Source of the DNA: Escherichia phage Rtp
Direction: 5' to 3' (one strand)
DNA: 46,219 nucleotides
Sequence record: NC_007603.1
Position 1 is the stretch's first letter. Each line of letters opens with the position of its first letter. This document shows, one piece after another, positions 35,383-44,202 of the stretch. Under the pieces are notes generated by a model. The model saw nothing but the letters and a program-made list of their open reading frames with translations, searched no databases and had not been told where the DNA came from. The position numbers and the translations under genes are program-made.

Positions 35383-37377
35383 ATGTTGCCTATCGAGAAG
35401 CTGGTTGCTAACTTTGATAAAGAAAGAATCAAACAGATTCAGAAGGATTACCAGTTTGGGGAGATAACCCCATACGAGTTCCAGTGCGTAACATTTGATG
35501 CTATCGGAAAGGCTATTGGGAAGTATGAGGCCCCATTTATAGCAGACCTTTCAGTTTCTGCTGGTAAGACAATCATTCTTGCCATGATTGGTAAGCGCAT
35601 GGAGCAATTGGGATTGCCTTATATGGTTCTTTCTCGCCAGTCAGAGATAATCAGCCAGAACTCAGAGGAGCTTCGTAATTTCGGCATCCGTAATAGCGTC
35701 TATTGCGCTGGCCTTAATGTTAAATCAGTTTACTACCCAACCATAGTTGCCAGTGAGGGCACGGCGGCTAATGGCTTGTTTAAGGGGCTTGGTGACTATG
35801 TTCCGGCAGTTATCGCTATAGATGAGTGTCATCATATGGACCATATGGATATTGTTGAAGCAGAGGAGAACGAAGAAACATTTGAACAAATGAGCACAAA
35901 GAAAGGCGAAATGGTTTTTAAGGATGGCGTAAACACGGGATTGCTTGGCACTGGTCGTGCGCAGTACACGCTAATCATTACTGAAATGAAACGTCGTTGT
36001 CGTGAGAGGTATGGTCGTGAGCTTCGTATATTCGGTCTAACTGGCAGCCCATATCGTAACAATGATCATATCGTCGTTAGCAACCCAAACATCCGTGGCT
36101 TCTGGCGCAAAACAGTTATTCAGGTCCCAACCAATTACCTGGTTGATTTAGGATTCGTGGTACCAACAGTTTACGGCGAGGTTGGTGATTTGGGTTATGA
36201 CCTTGCGGAGTTTGCGCCAGACGGAAGTGATGGTGTGAAAGACTTTGGCAAGAAAGAAATGGACGCCATGCAGGAAAAGATTCATCAAAACCAGTCCATG
36301 ACGCAAAAGATTATGCAATTTGCTGCAAAGTTCATGGAGACTCGCAACGCTGCGCTTGTGACATGTGCCGGTAAACGTCATTGTGAGGAAGCAGCAGCAG
36401 CGCTTCCTGAGGGTGTAACCTGGGCTATAGTAACTGACTCTACTGGTGAGAAAAAGCGTAGGGAGATTCTTTCTGACGCAGTTGAAGGTAAGTATAAATT
36501 CATATTTCAGATCGGTTGTCTCACAACTGGCGTGAACGTCCCGCCATGGGATACATCAATCATTCTGCGCAAAGTTGGTAGTATCACGCTTCTTATTCAG
36601 CTTTTGGGGCGAGGCATGCGAATACTTAAGAAGAAACATAAGGAAATGGGGATGGTCAAGGATGATCACGTGGTGCTAGACTTTGCTGGCACTCTTGATG
36701 ACATGGCAGAATTATACTTTGATCCAATCATAGAGGAGGTGCAGGATCAGAAATTCAAGTCCTCTCGTAAAGTTGGGGATAAGTCAAGAGTATGTCAGGC
36801 CTGTGGCTATAAAAACCCCCCACTTGCTCGTCGTTGCAATAACGTAATTGACGGTAAACGATGTGAGCATTTTTTTACATTTCGCTTGTGTGAAGATATA
36901 GAGGACCCGCAGACAAAATCTATTATTAAGAAAGGTTGTGGTGAGAAGAATGATATTGCCGCTAAAAACTGTCGGTGCTGCGGAGAGATGCTAATAGACC
37001 CGAATGCAAAGTTATCTGGGAAAATGTATCGTAAAGGCGACTGGTTGCGAGTCTACGACTTTAAGATTGGATTAACAAAGAATCAATCAGGGATTGTTGC
37101 CTCATACGAGGTCATGGCTCATAGTGGTGATAGGTTCCGGGCCTATGAGACGTTTTTTCCAGAGTCAGACCATCGCGTTTGCTCTGTAAGATGGAAATCA
37201 TTTTGCTCGACTCACATAGAGAGCAGGACTGAGGCTTTTAGAATTGGCAGGTTGCGTAATGCTAAGATGATTATGACTAATGCTCACCTTTTCCGTGCGC
37301 CATTAAGGATTACACACCGTAAGAACCAGAAAGGCCAGGATATTATCGCCAATAAATCTTTTACTATGGAGGATTGA
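35383..37377 (+). CDS. SF2 (DExH-type) helicase with C-terminal zinc-ribbon cysteines
   Basis: Walker A SAGKT, DECHH motif, multiple CxxC pairs near the C-terminus. Confidence 0.75.
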   Translation: MLPIEKLVANFDKERIKQIQKDYQFGEITPYEFQCVTFDAIGKAIGKYEAPFIADLSVSAGKTIILAMIGKRMEQLGLPYMVLSRQSEIISQNSEELRNFGIRNSVYCAGLNVKSVYYPTIVASEGTAANGLFKGLGDYVPAVIAIDECHHMDHMDIVEAEENEETFEQMSTKKGEMVFKDGVNTGLLGTGRAQYTLIITEMKRRCRERYGRELRIFGLTGSPYRNNDHIVVSNPNIRGFWRKTVIQVPTNYLVDLGFVVPTVYGEVGDLGYDLAEFAPDGSDGVKDFGKKEMDAMQEKIHQNQSMTQKIMQFAAKFMETRNAALVTCAGKRHCEEAAAALPEGVTWAIVTDSTGEKKRREILSDAVEGKYKFIFQIGCLTTGVNVPPWDTSIILRKVGSITLLIQLLGRGMRILKKKHKEMGMVKDDHVVLDFAGTLDDMAELYFDPIIEEVQDQKFKSSRKVGDKSRVCQACGYKNPPLARRCNNVIDGKRCEHFFTFRLCEDIEDPQTKSIIKKGCGEKNDIAAKNCRCCGEMLIDPNAKLSGKMYRKGDWLRVYDFKIGLTKNQSGIVASYEVMAHSGDRFRAYETFFPESDHRVCSVRWKSFCSTHIESRTEAFRIGRLRNAKMIMTNAHLFRAPLRITHRKNQKGQDIIANKSFTMED

Positions 37378-37378
37378 T

Positions 37379-37798
37379 ATGAATATTACAGACAAAGTTG
37401 ATTACATTGAGTTTTACCCTGGCCCGGTTAAGTCATGCCCTAAAGAGGATGATGAACAAATCTTTTGCTCTGATTGGGTTAAGTATAACTACCCAGAGAT
37501 GGTATTTTTCCACTGCGTGAATGAGGGTAAGAAAACCATTGGTCAAGCAAGAAAAGATCAGGCTAAGGGTCTCCTTAAGGGAGTGTCAGACTGTATGTTT
37601 CTTATACCTGAATCTATCCGAGGCAAATACCCTTTCGGAGCTATAGAGCTAAAGAGAGCAGGAAAAACGCAGGCAAGCCCAGTCAGTGAGGAGCAGAAGG
37701 CTTTCCTTAAAAGCGTAATGGAATCAGGTGGTTTTTCCGCAGTTGCCTACGGCAGGGAAGGGTTCCTTGCAGCATTCAAAGAAATGATTTCAAAATAG
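37379..37798 (+). CDS. VRR-NUC-like nuclease
   Basis: 139 aa; SD...IELK pattern resembling a PD-(D/E)XK / VRR-NUC core; immediately follows the helicase. Confidence 0.45.
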   Translation: MNITDKVDYIEFYPGPVKSCPKEDDEQIFCSDWVKYNYPEMVFFHCVNEGKKTIGQARKDQAKGLLKGVSDCMFLIPESIRGKYPFGAIELKRAGKTQASPVSEEQKAFLKSVMESGGFSAVAYGREGFLAAFKEMISK

Positions 37799-37838
37799 CA
37801 CTAATTGCTAAAGGCGATTTTAAAAGATGGGGTATAGT
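37796..37838 (+). promoter_or_regulatory. palindrome-promoter cassette
   Basis: TAGCACTAATTGCTAAAG shares TAG with the upstream stop; 22-bp spacer; GGGGTATAGTTACCCC. Confidence 0.5.
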
Positions 37839-37874
37839 TACCCCATCGAAACGAAACGAAGAGAGAGAAACAAA

Positions 37875-38075
37875 ATGGCTACTATCTACACTGGAAAATT
37901 CTACGAGTCACGCAAAACTGGTTATATTTATGAGTTGCAAATCACTGAGGATGGTTATGTTTTGGTTGATATCGAAGATTGCACTTACGCATTCGAGGTT
38001 AGCCCGACCTACAAGGATGACTTGGAAACTGTTAAAAACGAATTTGGAGAAAAATTTAATGAGGTATCAGAATAA
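37875..38075 (+). CDS. hypothetical protein (66 aa)
   Basis: ORF track 37827 trimmed to ATG 37875 behind the cassette leader. Confidence 0.45.
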   Translation: MATIYTGKFYESRKTGYIYELQITEDGYVLVDIEDCTYAFEVSPTYKDDLETVKNEFGEKFNEVSE

Positions 38076-38296
38076 TGGCAATTTTTACATTTGAGCATCA
38101 ATGGGAAGCATTCAAGGTAATGGCGGCGGAGGAATTATACAACGCACATTATAAGCGTGATTTATGGGGTGTTGTGAGTTGCCTGGATATGAGCTTCGAA
38201 GAAGAGTACCTGAACACTGATATCGAAACATGGCGCGACCGCATGGTTGCTGATATCGAAGAGATGAAAAAAGATTGCCCGGAGGATTTTTTATGA
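38075..38296 (+). CDS. hypothetical protein (73 aa)
   Basis: TAATG coupling with the upstream gene. Confidence 0.45.
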   Translation: MAIFTFEHQWEAFKVMAAEELYNAHYKRDLWGVVSCLDMSFEEEYLNTDIETWRDRMVADIEEMKKDCPEDFL

Positions 38297-38481
38297 TTGG
38301 CATCTGCGTAAAAACAAATGGCTTCTTTACACTTCTTGAGGATTATGAAATTAATTTCGATTCAAATGAAATAACAGTGTTAAGCGATGATGGGTGCTAT
38401 TGGTTCCTTAGTTATCAAGGTGATGGTTATTACGGTTGCAGAGATTCAGGCGGAAAAGAGGTTATTTTCTTAGTCGAATAG
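38293..38481 (+). CDS. hypothetical protein (62 aa)
   Basis: ATG 38293 with GGAGG SD and ATGA overlap; TAG stop shared with the palindrome. Confidence 0.45.
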   Translation: MIGICVKTNGFFTLLEDYEINFDSNEITVLSDDGCYWFLSYQGDGYYGCRDSGGKEVIFLVE

Positions 38482-38521
38482 CACTTTTTGTTAAAAATCA
38501 AATCCATGGATGGATTATATT
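38479..38521 (+). promoter_or_regulatory. palindrome-promoter cassette
   Basis: TAGCACTTTTTGTTAAAAA; 22-bp spacer with inverted repeat ATCCATGGATGGAT; TATATT. Confidence 0.45.
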
Positions 38522-38551
38522 AAACACATCAACAACGCAGAGGTTTGAGAG

Positions 38552-38677
38552 ATGAAAATTGTAGACAGAGAGATGTTTGAGATCGCACAGATATACGCAA
38601 ATGATGCTGTAAAAACTGGCTCTGATTATTGCTGGATGTGCGCTAAAGAATACCTGAAAATGGCCTACGGCTTATGA
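38552..38677 (+). CDS. small ORF (41 aa)
   Basis: ATG 38552 behind leader SD AGAGGTTTGAGAG; ATGA coupling downstream. Confidence 0.35.
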   Translation: MKIVDREMFEIAQIYANDAVKTGSDYCWMCAKEYLKMAYGL

Positions 38678-38922
38678 TAGTTGAAACCGGGCGAGCAGCA
38701 GTATGGGCGCATTGTGGAGAGGCTGGATTGCAAGATGACATTAAGCAGATATCCCGATTCTTTGACATAAAAGATATTAGCGTTGTGTTCAATGGTAAAT
38801 TCTCTTATATGGATGAGCGCCCAAGAAAATACGTGAGAGTTAAGCCAGGTGTTAGAATTGATGTTAATGAGTTCCTCAAAGCTGAGGGATACAAGTTTAA
38901 GATAACGAAGCCTAAGGATTAA
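38674..38922 (+). CDS. hypothetical protein (82 aa)
   Basis: ORF track; coupled start. Confidence 0.45.
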   Translation: MIVETGRAAVWAHCGEAGLQDDIKQISRFFDIKDISVVFNGKFSYMDERPRKYVRVKPGVRIDVNEFLKAEGYKFKITKPKD

Positions 38923-38924
38923 GT

Positions 38925-39176
38925 ATGTTGGGTTTAGATTTCCAGCCAGATCATTACGACTTAGTATATGGTCAAAGTGGTGCAAAGTTTAGAGCGATAC
39001 CTATTGCTGACTGGTTTCCTCCTGATTATGTGGATGTGAACGCAAAAACTAAAGACGGGAAGTGGGTTCAGATTTACTACTCCCCAGCATGCGGAAACCT
39101 TTGCATGACTGACCTTGATCAGAAGTTAGCAATTAGTGCGGAAGTTATCGACTACTGGTTGAAAGAAGTTGAATGA
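38925..39176 (+). CDS. hypothetical protein (83 aa)
   Basis: ORF track; SD AAGGA upstream. Confidence 0.45.
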   Translation: MLGLDFQPDHYDLVYGQSGAKFRAIPIADWFPPDYVDVNAKTKDGKWVQIYYSPACGNLCMTDLDQKLAISAEVIDYWLKEVE

Positions 39177-39258
39177 AGAGCCTGATACTAGTAGCATTAG
39201 TCCAACTGTTTAGCTTTACTATCTTATACTTTATGGTAATGAATTAAGGAACTTATAA

Positions 39259-40395
39259 ATGGCAACTGCAAAGATTACTAACGAGCAGCTTCTTGAAGAA
39301 CTAGCAAACGGCATGACAAACAAGGCAATCGCAGAGAAGTACGGAATGAACATTCGCAACGTTGAATTGCGTCGTAGTAAACTGGCGAAGAGTGGAGAAT
39401 TGCACGGAAACCCGGGCATCAAGAAGTTAGTTCCTGACGGTTATTTGGTTAAGGGAACCTCCACGATGATTGATGCTGATGGTAACGAAAAGCTGCGCTG
39501 GGTTAAAACATCTGTAGATAATGAGAGACTTGAGGTTTTAATGGAGCAAGCTCGCGAGGCATTTTGCTCTGATTTGCCAAAGGCTACTCCATCTGAATCA
39601 CCTAATGTTAACTTTGATGATAACACGCTTGCGATGTATCCAGTTTTTGATTTGCACATTGGGGCGATGGCTCACAAACATGAGTGCGGCGAAAACTATG
39701 ATACAGCAACAGCAGAGAAGGTTATGAATGGGTTCTTTGACTACGCTGTAGATAAGGCGCCAAACTCTAAGAATGCTGTATTGGTATTGGGTGGCGATTT
39801 CCTGCATTACGACTCCCTGGAGGCTAAAACCCCGGCCTCAGGCCATATCTTAGATTCTGACAGTCGTTACGCCAAGATTGTTTATGTTGCAATCCGCTCG
39901 GTCAGGCGTGCAATTTCTCGAATGATGGAAAAGCATCAAGTTATTGATATTAAAGTAATAAGTGGGAATCACGACGAGGCAGGAATGGTTTGGCTCCGCG
40001 CTGCACTTGCTGCGTTTTATGAAGATGAGCCTCGCGTAAATGTTGATATTAGCCCTGCCGCAATGATGATGACCAGCTTTGGAACTACGCTTATTGGATA
40101 CACTCACGGGCACCAAATGCGGAAAGCCGATACTAGACTAACTGTTATGGCAACTGATTTTCGTAAGTTATTTGGTCAAAGTGAGTATGTTTACACACAT
40201 AGTGGCCACTGGCATTCGCAGAAGATTACAGAAACAAACTTGGGAATTGATGAGGTTCATGGTCAGCTTGGAAGTCCAGACGCATACTCTGCTAATGGTG
40301 GGTGGCGCTCACAAAGACAGGCTGCGGTAATCGTCTACCACAAAGAATTTGGTGAAGTTGGACGATTTATTTGCCGCCCTAAAATGTTTAGCTAA
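39259..40395 (+). CDS. metallophosphoesterase (calcineurin-like) with N-terminal HTH-like region
   Basis: DLHIG (DxH), GGDFLHYD (GDxxD) and GNHDE motifs in canonical order. Confidence 0.6.
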   Translation: MATAKITNEQLLEELANGMTNKAIAEKYGMNIRNVELRRSKLAKSGELHGNPGIKKLVPDGYLVKGTSTMIDADGNEKLRWVKTSVDNERLEVLMEQAREAFCSDLPKATPSESPNVNFDDNTLAMYPVFDLHIGAMAHKHECGENYDTATAEKVMNGFFDYAVDKAPNSKNAVLVLGGDFLHYDSLEAKTPASGHILDSDSRYAKIVYVAIRSVRRAISRMMEKHQVIDIKVISGNHDEAGMVWLRAALAAFYEDEPRVNVDISPAAMMMTSFGTTLIGYTHGHQMRKADTRLTVMATDFRKLFGQSEYVYTHSGHWHSQKITETNLGIDEVHGQLGSPDAYSANGGWRSQRQAAVIVYHKEFGEVGRFICRPKMFS

Positions 40396-40438
40396 TAGCA
40401 CTTTTTGCCTAACTCATGCCGTAAAAATGCGGCATAAT
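40396..40438 (+). promoter_or_regulatory. palindrome-promoter cassette
   Basis: TAGCACTTTTTGCCTAA; inverted repeat ATGCCG/CGGCAT in the 22-bp spacer; CATAAT. Confidence 0.45.
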
Positions 40439-40468
40439 CACCAAATCTAAACAAACGAGGATTCAATC

Positions 40469-40642
40469 ATGGTTAAATTGTTTTGCATTAAGAACGCATC
40501 TAAGACACTTCCGTTCACTGAGGATAAGCCATATAGCGGTGAGTATCAGGGTGACGGATACTACAAAATTTATGGTGACGACATGACGTGTATTCTTGCG
40601 CCGATTGATGGTTCGCTTGTTGAATTTATTATCGAAGATTAG
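40469..40642 (+). CDS. small ORF (57 aa)
   Basis: ATG 40469 with SD ACGAGGA; followed by a strong terminator. Confidence 0.4.
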   Translation: MVKLFCIKNASKTLPFTEDKPYSGEYQGDGYYKIYGDDMTCILAPIDGSLVEFIIED

Positions 40643-40668
40643 CGCATCTAAAACATAGTGTTACGCAC

Positions 40669-40694
40669 GGGGAGCCTTTTGGCTCCCCTTTTTT
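40669..40694 (+). terminator. rho-independent terminator
   Basis: GGGGAGCC-TTTT-GGCTCCCC plus T6. Confidence 0.7.
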
Positions 40695-40772
40695 ATGCTT
40701 CCTTTCCAAGCAGGGCCAATGTATCATTCTTTTACTAACTTAAACATTGACAAATAGATAAAGGTGGGTCAC

Positions 40773-40988
40773 ATGAGGGAAGTAATTAACGCCGCTACGG
40801 CATCAACTGGCGGTGCTGCGGTAACTGGCGCGGCAACTGGTCAAATGACTATAGCAATAATCAGCCTTATAGCTCTAATCATTTTTGGAGCTTGGGGTGC
40901 TTACTGGAAGTATAAGGATAGCCAGGCGATTCGACGAGCGCTTGAATCAGGGGATTTAAAGACGGCAATCAAGATAAGGAGCAAGTAA
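40773..40988 (+). CDS. holin (pinholin-like, two hydrophobic segments)
   Basis: 71 aa; Gly/Ala-rich first hydrophobic segment then IAIISLIALIIFGAWGAYW, charged C-terminus; immediately upstream of the endolysin. Confidence 0.55.
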   Translation: MREVINAATASTGGAAVTGAATGQMTIAIISLIALIIFGAWGAYWKYKDSQAIRRALESGDLKTAIKIRSK

Positions 40989-41474
40989 ATGAAGCAGAAG
41001 CTAGTGGTTGGTGCTGCGACCGCTGCGGCAATATACATCGCAGCGCCGCTTATTGAGCTTGTTGAAGGCGTAGAGAATAAGCCATACATGGATATTGCTG
41101 GAATCCCTACAGTTTGCGCCGGCGTTACTGGCCCTGACGTGGTTTGGGGAAAGAATTACAGCAATAGAGAGTGCCGAAAACTTCTAGAGAAGCACATTCA
41201 GATTCATGGCAAGTATGTTGAGGATGCAGTTACCTACCCAATTGCACCTCAGACGAGAGCGGCCTTAATCAGCTTTAGCTATAACGTTGGCGGCTCCTCG
41301 ATGAGGAAATCTACGGCTGTAAGGCTAATCAACCAGGGCAAAGTGGAGCAAGGTTGTAAGGCTTTGGGTCTTTGGAATAAAGCTACCGTTAATGGCAGGA
41401 AGGTTGTGGTTAAGGGGTTGGTGAATCGCAGGAATGAGGAGATTAAGTTATGCTTAAGTGGATTGCAGCGTTAG
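40989..41474 (+). CDS. SAR endolysin (phage lysozyme, P21 R-like)
   Basis: N-terminal signal-anchor-release segment VVGAATAAAIYIAAPLI followed by a lysozyme-like catalytic region resembling P21 R as recalled. Confidence 0.75.
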   Translation: MKQKLVVGAATAAAIYIAAPLIELVEGVENKPYMDIAGIPTVCAGVTGPDVVWGKNYSNRECRKLLEKHIQIHGKYVEDAVTYPIAPQTRAALISFSYNVGGSSMRKSTAVRLINQGKVEQGCKALGLWNKATVNGRKVVVKGLVNRRNEEIKLCLSGLQR

Positions 41475-41839
41475 TAATGTGCGTAGCTTTATCTGGATGC
41501 TCAGCAACATCTGCTCTGACCGGATTAATTGGCAGTAAGCCAGAGATTAGCGCTCAAGCTGGTGCAGAAAATAATAAGGTTGGTGTTGGGTTAACGAACA
41601 AGGTTGACTCAAGTAACTCAAGTGAAGCCACGGTTAAAGATTCTAATGTTGGGTCACTGGATAGCTCGAGCGGGAAAAAGACTGCTGACAACTCGATTAA
41701 GGCCTCAACAATCACTGCCGAAAAGATTGAAATTACCAATAACGAATCATCAGCGCTTCCGTGGGTTGGAACAGGAGCTATGGGGTTGCTGGTTTTAATT
41801 CTCATGGCATTAATCTTAAGACGTAAAAAAGCCTCCTAA
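41450..41839 (+). CDS. unimolecular spanin-like lipoprotein (u-spanin)
   Basis: N-terminal lipobox LSGC plus C-terminal transmembrane segment (GLLVLILMALIL) then RRKK; position after the endolysin. Confidence 0.6.
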   Translation: MLKWIAALVMCVALSGCSATSALTGLIGSKPEISAQAGAENNKVGVGLTNKVDSSNSSEATVKDSNVGSLDSSSGKKTADNSIKASTITAEKIEITNNESSALPWVGTGAMGLLVLILMALILRRKKAS

Positions 41840-41855
41840 TGGAGGCTATATTTTT
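41825..41855. terminator. bidirectional rho-independent terminator
   Basis: A6-GCCTCC-TAAT-GGAGGC-TATATTTTT between convergent genes. Confidence 0.6.
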
Positions 41856-42189
41856 AGCTAAATAACTCGTCGTCAGTCATTGTTCCTACATTCATAATCT
41901 CTTTTATGTACTTGCTCTCATACCCGCTAAGTGCCTCGAAGTTGAAATCAAATGGCCTTTTCAAACTCCCCTTGCTAACAAACTCACCACACTTACCATC
42001 AATGTATCCAGCAGTTAACATCTTTGCGCAGAACTCCTTTGAAGCAGCACTGCAAAACTCTCTATGCGATAAACCCGATGCCTTGCTGAACCTCTCAGAG
42101 TCCTTATGTTGGTATATGAACCGCGCCAAATGCTGGCGCGTAAAGTATGAATACGACTCACAGAAGCGGTATAAATCCAAAATGAACAC
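41854..42189 (-). CDS. hypothetical protein (111 aa)
   Basis: ORF track; last gene of the leftward block. Confidence 0.5.
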   Translation of the reverse strand: MFILDLYRFCESYSYFTRQHLARFIYQHKDSERFSKASGLSHREFCSAASKEFCAKMLTAGYIDGKCGEFVSKGSLKRPFDFNFEALSGYESKYIKEIMNVGTMTDDELFS

Positions 42190-42192
42190 TTA

Positions 42193-43776
42193 TCACCCCA
42201 ATAGTCGTGGATTAACGTAAACTTTATCACCAATCAGGCACGTATAGTTTTTCTCATCAAGCATTGGCAGTAAGCGATCTTTAATCTTTGTCATTACACC
42301 AGCTTGAGCCTCAAACGGCTTAACCTTTCGAGCTGCCTCATACAATGAACGAATACCAACTACACCTTTCCCGTTCTTGCCTTGCTTGATCAGTATATCA
42401 ACCAGCTTGCTCATCTCAGCATGGTCGCCAGCGTGACCAGCAGCGTTAGCTGATGACAGATACGTCTTGCTCAGCTCCTGGAACATAATCACAGCTTCTT
42501 GCATGGTATCAAGTTCAATCTCTCTGGATTTCTGTGGACTACCGCCATTTGGGTTGAACCAGTTGCGCACAGTGTGAAGAACAGCTGCAATCCTGATGGC
42601 CTGCTTATCGAACTTACCCAACGCGCCACGTAACATTGTGTGTGAATACTTCCCGCCATCTGCAAGGTGAGGCTCCATCTCCTGACGCGCACGGTTGAGG
42701 TATTTCATCGCTGAGTTGCTCACTGTCAGCTTAACATCTTGCTCATTCATTATTTCATGAACTAAACGGAAGTAATCTGCCTTCAGCTCGCCATTAATTG
42801 GTTCGTATGTTGAGTTGCCATTCTCATCAACGAATACGCGCTCACCAAGGAATGATTTTTCACGAACCAAAAGGAAACGTTCAGATACACCGATACCACG
42901 CGCACCAGCATTCATGATGGCGTTGATTGTTTCATCCTGCGCAATTACAGAGATGCAACCCATAGCAACGAAACTCATGTTATTTTCTGCGTTGGCACGC
43001 GCGATAGATACGTTACCGGCATCCCATGCCTTAAGCACAAGTTCGCTGTTCGTTTTCTTAGAGCCATCACCATAGGTCATGCCAAGAAGTGAATTGACGC
43101 TAGTTGCTTCATCCGAGATTACAGCGAAGTTACCCTGTCGGTTGTTTATTCGCGCAAGACCTTCCGGAGTGGTATCTGACACTGGAAATACGATATCGCA
43201 CATCTTTTCCAGCTTTTCCTCTAAATCCTCTTTTTCCTCAAACAGCGCCGCCATCTCTGATGGTGACTTCTCCTGCTTCATCTCTTTTGATAATACAGAT
43301 AGTTTTGCCATGATCTTCTTGCGCTCACGCTTTCTCAATTCATTCAGTCGCTCAGTCTCAGCAATCATTGGAGCAATTGAAAGTGAGTTGATGGCTGATT
43401 TACCTGTCGATGGTGGTTGGCTTGTCACGACATAAAGCGAAGTTGGCTGCTGAGTTCCATGATACTCAACAGTAAAACGGCCCAGCATGGCAGCGGAAAT
43501 ACACCCCAGAAAGTGCATATAAGCTGAAGACTCAGGGAACTGAACAGAACGGGCAATATTGGCTGAAAGCTTACCAACAACATCAATGTCATTACCGAGT
43601 GAGATTACGGGATACTTGTCATTAGCCGCATCAATCTCGACTGGTGCTTTCCAGAATGATTGAGACTGACGATAGCCATTAGCATTAATAGCGACGCGCA
43701 GGGGTGGGAGGTTGTCTGCGGCAGCAATTGCCATAACCTGTTCAACAGATAGTTTATCTTCGTTGAAATCAAACAT
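42193..43776 (-). CDS. P-loop NTPase (putative replication / primase-associated ATPase)
   Basis: 527 aa; Walker A-like PPSTGKS; cassette promoter variant upstream; function not resolved. Confidence 0.55.
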   Translation of the reverse strand: MFDFNEDKLSVEQVMAIAAADNLPPLRVAINANGYRQSQSFWKAPVEIDAANDKYPVISLGNDIDVVGKLSANIARSVQFPESSAYMHFLGCISAAMLGRFTVEYHGTQQPTSLYVVTSQPPSTGKSAINSLSIAPMIAETERLNELRKRERKKIMAKLSVLSKEMKQEKSPSEMAALFEEKEDLEEKLEKMCDIVFPVSDTTPEGLARINNRQGNFAVISDEATSVNSLLGMTYGDGSKKTNSELVLKAWDAGNVSIARANAENNMSFVAMGCISVIAQDETINAIMNAGARGIGVSERFLLVREKSFLGERVFVDENGNSTYEPINGELKADYFRLVHEIMNEQDVKLTVSNSAMKYLNRARQEMEPHLADGGKYSHTMLRGALGKFDKQAIRIAAVLHTVRNWFNPNGGSPQKSREIELDTMQEAVIMFQELSKTYLSSANAAGHAGDHAEMSKLVDILIKQGKNGKGVVGIRSLYEAARKVKPFEAQAGVMTKIKDRLLPMLDEKNYTCLIGDKVYVNPRLLG

Positions 43777-43962
43777 TACTTCTCTCCGTGTTGTTTCTGA
43801 GCGGCCATTATATCAACGACCGCTTATAATTCATTATCAATTTGTGCTATTAATTGTTCTTAATCCACTTTAGACACATCCAGGTGCCAGCAACGTAAAG
43901 CGCTAGCTTTGCTAACTCGTACGCTAAGTGTGTAAATAAAGCAAAATTAGAAATAAGCTCAC

Positions 43963-44202
43963 TCATTTTTTAATCTTCATCTCCAGAATTTCATAACTTA
44001 TGTAATTATTTATCATTCCAATAAGTGATTTTGGGTATGTTTTCATATGCTTCTTGGCTGAATCTTCATCAAGATGCGCTGATATGTTGTGATAATTGTA
44101 TTCATAATCCATGCCCATTAGTACGTATATCTTATCGTGCGCATTAATGAAGTTATTTGATTTTATTTCCCCAAGCGACCAGCCCTTTCCTTTTCTAATC
44201 AT
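43963..44202 (-). CDS. hypothetical protein (79 aa)
   Basis: ORF track; ATGA coupling with the upstream gene. Confidence 0.45.
   Translation of the reverse strand: MIRKGKGWSLGEIKSNNFINAHDKIYVLMGMDYEYNYHNISAHLDEDSAKKHMKTYPKSLIGMINNYISYEILEMKIKK

Noticed and set aside
42815-43435. Plus-strand ORFs 42815..43075, 43079..43435 and 43104..43313
   Set aside because: Antisense to the 527-aa P-loop protein gene; Ser/Phe-rich, no SDs.
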